Assembly: GCA_963708075.1 (NCBI GenBank)
Contig: OY970194.1
Coordinates: 7,104,001 to 7,168,000 of the forward strand
Length of the DNA: 64,000 bases
Reading direction: 5' to 3'
Source of the DNA: Sedimentisphaerales bacterium
Lineage (GTDB): Bacteria; Planctomycetota; Phycisphaerae; Sedimentisphaerales; Anaerobacaceae
A model generated the notes under the pieces. It was not told the origin of the DNA and made no database searches. It worked only from the letters and a program-made list of their open reading frames with translations. How positions within the stretch are numbered: position 1 is the stretch's first letter; every line of letters starts with the position of its first letter. Shown in pieces: positions 59,769 to 64,000 of the stretch. The position numbers and the translations under genes are program-made.

Positions 59769-60335
59769 TCACTGAGCTTTGACCTCGTAGAGGAGGGAGC
59801 ATTCGAGGACGCAGGACACAACGCCTCCCTTGTCCACTGCAGCGCTCGGCGTGAACGAATCGACAATCAGGACCGGGTAGTGCCGCTCCAGCTCATTGAT
59901 GAAGCGCAGCAGATCCGGGAACGCGCAGTCGAAGGATAGGACCATCTCGCGCTGGGCGATCCGCTTGATCTCGGCGGCGCCGACCTTATTGGTGGTGCGG
60001 ACGTGGCGGGCGGAGAAGTCCGCCAGGTGGTTCTTCTCGGAGAGGCTGCGCAGCTCGAAATCGAGTTGGCTGAGCTGCTCGGCGGTGAAGACATAGTTGG
60101 CGAATCGGCGTTCCATCTCCTCGCGTTCGGTCGTCAGTCGAGCCTGCTCCTTGGCGGAGCGGGCGTTCTTGAGCGAGGTGAACCACTCGGCGGCAGCATT
60201 GATCTCAGCCCGCGAGGCGTCCACGGCGCGGCCCCGGGGGGCCACCAGGCCGAAGTGGGCGGCAAGCAGGGCGGCCAGGCAGAAGACCCAGACGCCGATG
60301 AGTACAATGGGAACGCGGTAGTTGGCAATCTTCAC
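59769..60335 (-). CDS. PilO/GspM-like protein
   Basis: N-terminal TM helix and coiled coil; 'F.C.FPDLLRFINELER..P.LIVD'; follows the pilM/pilN-like genes. Confidence 0.7.
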   Translation of the reverse strand: MKIANYRVPIVLIGVWVFCLAALLAAHFGLVAPRGRAVDASRAEINAAAEWFTSLKNARSAKEQARLTTEREEMERRFANYVFTAEQLSQLDFELRSLSEKNHLADFSARHVRTTNKVGAAEIKRIAQREMVLSFDCAFPDLLRFINELERHYPVLIVDSFTPSAAVDKGGVVSCVLECSLLYEVKAQ

Positions 60336-60344
60336 GGTTACTCC

Positions 60345-60941
60345 CTACATCTTGAGCCGGCATTCGACCACGTAATACTGAACCGGCTGTCCGGCGACCA
60401 TCTCCTGCCGCTGCGAGATGATGCGGATACTGTCGGGTCCCGGCTGCAGGGTCAGGGCCACGCGCAGCGTCCGCACGAACTGCTCGACCGCCGCTCCGCC
60501 CGAAGGCGACACCACGCCGACCATCAGCGTATAGGTAAATCGCACCTTGTCGCCGAGGCCCTGCTCCTCGCGCTTGGCCATGATGTCGGGGATGACCAGG
60601 TCCGGCGGGGTATTCTGAGCCAGGGCGGCAATGATCGGGGACCACGTGGCGTGATGACTCAGGGCCTTTTTCACTTCGGCCATGGTCGCGTTGATCTCGA
60701 TCCGGCGTTTGTCTGCCACGTCGAGCGACTCGGCAACGTCGCGTAGCTCGTGAATCTCACCGGTGTAATAGTCGAGACTGCGTTTCTGGGTGGCCAGGAG
60801 TCCGCCGTCCCGGTAATACTGGACGCCGTCCAGCGTGGCGGCAACGGCCAGGACCATGAACGCCAGAGCGGACCCGGCGGCCCACAGCGGCCGGCTTTCC
60901 GGCGGTTTGCCCGTGCCTTTTAACAGGTCAATCGTGAACAT
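60345..60941 (-). CDS. PilN-like protein
   Basis: MFTIDLL N-terminus (INLL-like PilM-binding motif), TM helix, coiled coil, and 'WSPII..L..NTP..L.I'. Confidence 0.75.
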   Translation of the reverse strand: MFTIDLLKGTGKPPESRPLWAAGSALAFMVLAVAATLDGVQYYRDGGLLATQKRSLDYYTGEIHELRDVAESLDVADKRRIEINATMAEVKKALSHHATWSPIIAALAQNTPPDLVIPDIMAKREEQGLGDKVRFTYTLMVGVVSPSGGAAVEQFVRTLRVALTLQPGPDSIRIISQRQEMVAGQPVQYYVVECRLKM

Positions 60942-62010
60942 CGCGCAGGGTCCTCAATGCCAGGCCAATAGCGACGGCGAATGCCGGCCCATGCTCGGCG
61001 GCCGGGTTCTTGCGCACGGCCCGCGTGCACGGCAGGATCGCCAGCGGGTCCCACAGCTCGGTCTTGGCCGGCAGCAGGGAAATCAGGGCCTTGGCCACCG
61101 CCCCGCTGAGGGTGGACCCGCCGCACAGGTACACCCGGTCCACGGCCGGGCTGCTCTTACGCGTCCCGTAGTAGCGGAGCGTCTCGCTGACGCGGTCGGC
61201 CAGCCCCGTGCATGCCTGGCGGACTGCCGGCTGGAGCCTCGCCCAGGGGATCTTCGATTCCGATTCCGCGGTTCCCGCCAGCGCCGCCGCCACCGCCGGC
61301 TGGGGCGTCTCGATCATCTGCGAGACCCGCGTGAGAATGTGATCGTACGCATAACTGATGTCCCGAACGAACGGCAGACCGTCCTCGGAGACGATCGCCA
61401 CGTTCGTGTAGGTGTATCCGACGTTGAGGACCATGGAGGTCTCGCCCGCCTTTAGTTGCTTGCAGGCCTCCAGGCAGTTGAGCAGGGCCAGTCCGTCCAC
61501 GTCCATGAGGACGCAGGAGGTGTCGCCCCGTTCGCAGAGGCTTCTGCGCTGCTGAATGATCATGTTGCGTGCGGCGGCGAAGAATCCGCGGATACGCTGC
61601 CCATCGGGGGGCTTGCCCCCTTTTGTGGACGGGGCCTGAAGCACGTGGTAGGAAACGGTGGCCTCGCTGACTTCGAAGGGACAGACCTGGGTGGCCTCGA
61701 GCTCTACGGCCGAGGCCAGTTGATGGCGGGGCAGGGCGGGGAACTCGAAGGCGCGGACGGCGACCTCAGGTCCGGCCAGACTGCACGCGACCTGAGCCCG
61801 GCCGCGAAGCGCGTGCAGGCACCGCCACACGGCCATTACGGTCCTCTCATCCACCGACGCCCCGGATTGCCCGGCCGGCTCGATGACGCTCTCGGCCACG
61901 CCCGTAACGGTCACGCGACTACCGCGGCGGCGAGTTCTCGCCGCTTTGACCGACGTCGTGCCGATGTCCAGTCCGATCAGCTCGGACCCACGCGACGCCA
62001 CTCCGTTCAA
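60928..62010 (-). CDS. pilM: Type IV pilus assembly protein PilM
   Basis: IGLDIGTTSVK, VLNVG...TNV, VYLCGG and FAVAIGLALR. TTG start chosen from the GAAAGGA RBS. Confidence 0.88.
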   Translation of the reverse strand: MNGVASRGSELIGLDIGTTSVKAARTRRRGSRVTVTGVAESVIEPAGQSGASVDERTVMAVWRCLHALRGRAQVACSLAGPEVAVRAFEFPALPRHQLASAVELEATQVCPFEVSEATVSYHVLQAPSTKGGKPPDGQRIRGFFAAARNMIIQQRRSLCERGDTSCVLMDVDGLALLNCLEACKQLKAGETSMVLNVGYTYTNVAIVSEDGLPFVRDISYAYDHILTRVSQMIETPQPAVAAALAGTAESESKIPWARLQPAVRQACTGLADRVSETLRYYGTRKSSPAVDRVYLCGGSTLSGAVAKALISLLPAKTELWDPLAILPCTRAVRKNPAAEHGPAFAVAIGLALRTLRDVHD

Positions 62011-62041
62011 CGGCGTTATCCTTTCTTGCTCAACGTCCTTG

Positions 62042-63262
62042 TTAGCCTTCCCACCAGCGCGAAATGACGAAGCGCGCCAGGAGATCATCTATACTAACGT
62101 CCTTCAGCTTCGTGTCAAAATAGAAATTTCCACTGTTTTTCAGTTCGAAGCTGTCGGCGGTGATGCTTCCGAAGAAGTCGCCGGAATTGTACAGGTCCAG
62201 GTTGGCCTCGGGGGCATACAGGCAGGCGTACGTGTTGCTCTTGGTCTTGAGGTCGATGTAGTCGCAGGTGGGCAGCCCGTAAATCCTGAGAGTACGGGCA
62301 TCGAAGTTATCATTGCCGAACCCCGTGGCATTGCCGCTGCGGAGCTGGTCGCCAATGTAGACTTCCAGGCTGGCGCCTGGCTTGACGACGATCTCGACGC
62401 CTTGGCCGAGGGTCATGATCTCGGGCACGTAGATGACGGTCGGCTCGGGCTCCGCGTGGGTCGTGTCCGGGGCAATCGAGATCACCGACCCGTTGGGGAT
62501 GGTCAGACTGCCGCCGTACTGGTATCGTCCCTGAGGCAGGGTTATGGCGCCGACCAGCGGTGGTCCGGTCGTTATCAGGTCGGTCGGGATGGGCACAGGC
62601 GGCCAGACCATTGTGTCGGGGCTGGAGCCGACCTGCCCGGAGATGGTCACGTTCTGCTTGACCTCGACGACCTGGGAAGGAGTGCCGCCGGGTCCGCAGA
62701 ACACGTCGCCGTCCACGCGGACGTTGGTCCGAAAGATCATGGCGTCGGCATCGGTGGCATTGCTACGGATCTTCATGTCCTGAGTCGTGCCGGGGCCGAC
62801 GATCCCGAAGTACGTGCTGTTCTTGGCATCGACGGTGGTGTCCACGCCGATGCCTTCCGCATAGGAATCGAGTTCGAGGATGGCGTGGATGGTCCTGGAG
62901 GCCGTGCCACAGGTGCCCGTCGAGACGATCTCATGGTATCCGAAGTTGGCCGTGACCTGGTAGCTGTACGCGCCATTCGTGCTGGGTAAGGTCCCGCTGG
63001 CCGGCCCAACCGGACCGGTCCAGTTGGTCTGGTCCTGGTGCGTCCGGATGAGCTTTTCCTGCATTCGCATGAGAGCCTCGGCCAGGCCTGCATCCGCCGC
63101 GCACCGCGCCGTCACCTTCTCCACGTCGCGAACCGCCGTGATTCGCGCGCTGTAGCCGAGCTGGATCATCGACAGGCCCAGGATGGCGATAATCACCCCG
63201 ATCGTCGTCACCAGCACCAGCGTCACCCCACGCTGCCGCCGATTATTCATTGCCCGTTTCAT
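62042..63262 (-). CDS. PilX/GspK-like minor pilin with a C-terminal beta-solenoid domain
   Basis: RGVTLVLV cleavage site lacking Glu5; A..AADAG..EA; 'CLYAPEA...FFGSITA'. Confidence 0.75.
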   Translation of the reverse strand: MKRAMNNRRQRGVTLVLVTTIGVIIAILGLSMIQLGYSARITAVRDVEKVTARCAADAGLAEALMRMQEKLIRTHQDQTNWTGPVGPASGTLPSTNGAYSYQVTANFGYHEIVSTGTCGTASRTIHAILELDSYAEGIGVDTTVDAKNSTYFGIVGPGTTQDMKIRSNATDADAMIFRTNVRVDGDVFCGPGGTPSQVVEVKQNVTISGQVGSSPDTMVWPPVPIPTDLITTGPPLVGAITLPQGRYQYGGSLTIPNGSVISIAPDTTHAEPEPTVIYVPEIMTLGQGVEIVVKPGASLEVYIGDQLRSGNATGFGNDNFDARTLRIYGLPTCDYIDLKTKSNTYACLYAPEANLDLYNSGDFFGSITADSFELKNSGNFYFDTKLKDVSIDDLLARFVISRWWEG

Positions 63263-63323
63263 CCTTCCCTTCCTTTCTTGAGCAGGTTGTAGGCTATAGC
63301 CTGTGGAAGGTGCGCCTCCAGCC

Positions 63324-63875
63324 TCATGGATTGTACCTCGTGGCGGTCATGGTGACGGGCATTTGGGTATGACCGTCGTCGATGAGCAGGGCCATGTGCA
63401 CGCACGGCCCGGACCGCCAGAATCTGGCGATGGTCACGTTATGGGCCAGGACCTGCATGCTGTCGGGCGAGCCCGGCACGCCGAGTGCACCCGATCCCAC
63501 GAGCGGGCCCTGCTCCAGGACCAGATCCGTGCCGCTGAGCGCGAACCTTGCATAGCGGTTCAGCGCCGGCGTCGTCCCCATGTTCTCGATGTTCGTGTAC
63601 AGTTGCAGCGTGATCGAGGATTCGACGGCGTACATGGGGGTACACCAGTAGGCCGACGCCTGGCGCACGATCCGGTCGAACGTGATTCGCGTGACGTAGG
63701 CCTCCGTCACGACCTCCCCGTTCACCCGGTCGTACGTCTGGTTCCACTGCTTGTGGTTGCCGGCCAGAACCCCCGCGACGGCCAGGAACAGGATCGAGCT
63801 GGCCAGCATCGCCGTCATCAACTCCACCAAAGTGAGACCGCCGGCCACTCGCCTGACTCCTCTTCGACGCCTCAT
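63324..63875 (-). CDS. PilW/GspJ-like minor (pseudo)pilin
   Basis: G-LTLVELM prepilin cleavage motif after a basic leader. Confidence 0.8.
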   Translation of the reverse strand: MRRRRGVRRVAGGLTLVELMTAMLASSILFLAVAGVLAGNHKQWNQTYDRVNGEVVTEAYVTRITFDRIVRQASAYWCTPMYAVESSITLQLYTNIENMGTTPALNRYARFALSGTDLVLEQGPLVGSGALGVPGSPDSMQVLAHNVTIARFWRSGPCVHMALLIDDGHTQMPVTMTATRYNP

Positions 63876-63906
63876 CCTCGGCCTCCCTTTACACCGATCA
63901 AACGAG

Positions 63907-63947
63907 AAATTCGAAGTTCGAATCTCGAAATTCGAAACAAGCACGAA
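63907..63947. repeat. Degenerate 7-mer tandem repeat upstream of the minor pilin gene
   Basis: AAATTCG AAGTTCG AATCTCG AAATTCG AAACAAG. Confidence 0.7.
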
Positions 63948-64000
63948 GGGAGAATACCCCAATGACCCAAACGGACTCCTGCCCGGCTCCGCCGTTTGGG

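Noticed and set aside
57150..59769. Active invertible (phase-variable) segment around pilP-secretin
   Set aside because: I found no matching inverted repeats at the two ends and no recombinase in the window.

Overview
GC-rich bacterial DNA, most likely from an anaerobic planctomycete (Phycisphaerae/Sedimentisphaerales-like). That assignment is inferred from a DUF1559-type prepilin-like protein, Tat-exported Gfo/Idh/MocA enzymes, ThuA/HEAT proteins and large LamG/discoidin secreted proteins. Layout: (1) 1-10.9 kb: a carbohydrate operon whose second gene (DUF2961/GH172-like) is broken by a complete IS630 element and an internal deletion. (2) 11-16.2 kb: a Tat-exported [NiFe]-hydrogenase operon (small subunit, large subunit, maturation protease) with no cytochrome b or membrane anchor. 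It ends instead in a secreted DUF2271 protein carrying an ApbE-type flavinylation motif (DGFTGAT). This is the best candidate for an undescribed system. (3) 16.6-54.5 kb: a locus resembling rhamnogalacturonan-II (RG-II) degradation systems (PL1, GH78, GH138-, GH137-, GH127- and GH142-like enzymes, DUF3826, DUF6298, DUF4038) with apiose-type transketolase/kinase genes, unusual domain fusions and no SusC/SusD. (4) 54.6-57.1 kb: a small orphan ORF with a near-consensus promoter, a secreted protein and a rhomboid protease. (5) 57.4-64 kb: a type IV pilus/T2SS locus with heptamer-repeat elements. No rRNA, tRNA or CRISPR array was seen. All family calls come from motif recognition by eye, not database searches.
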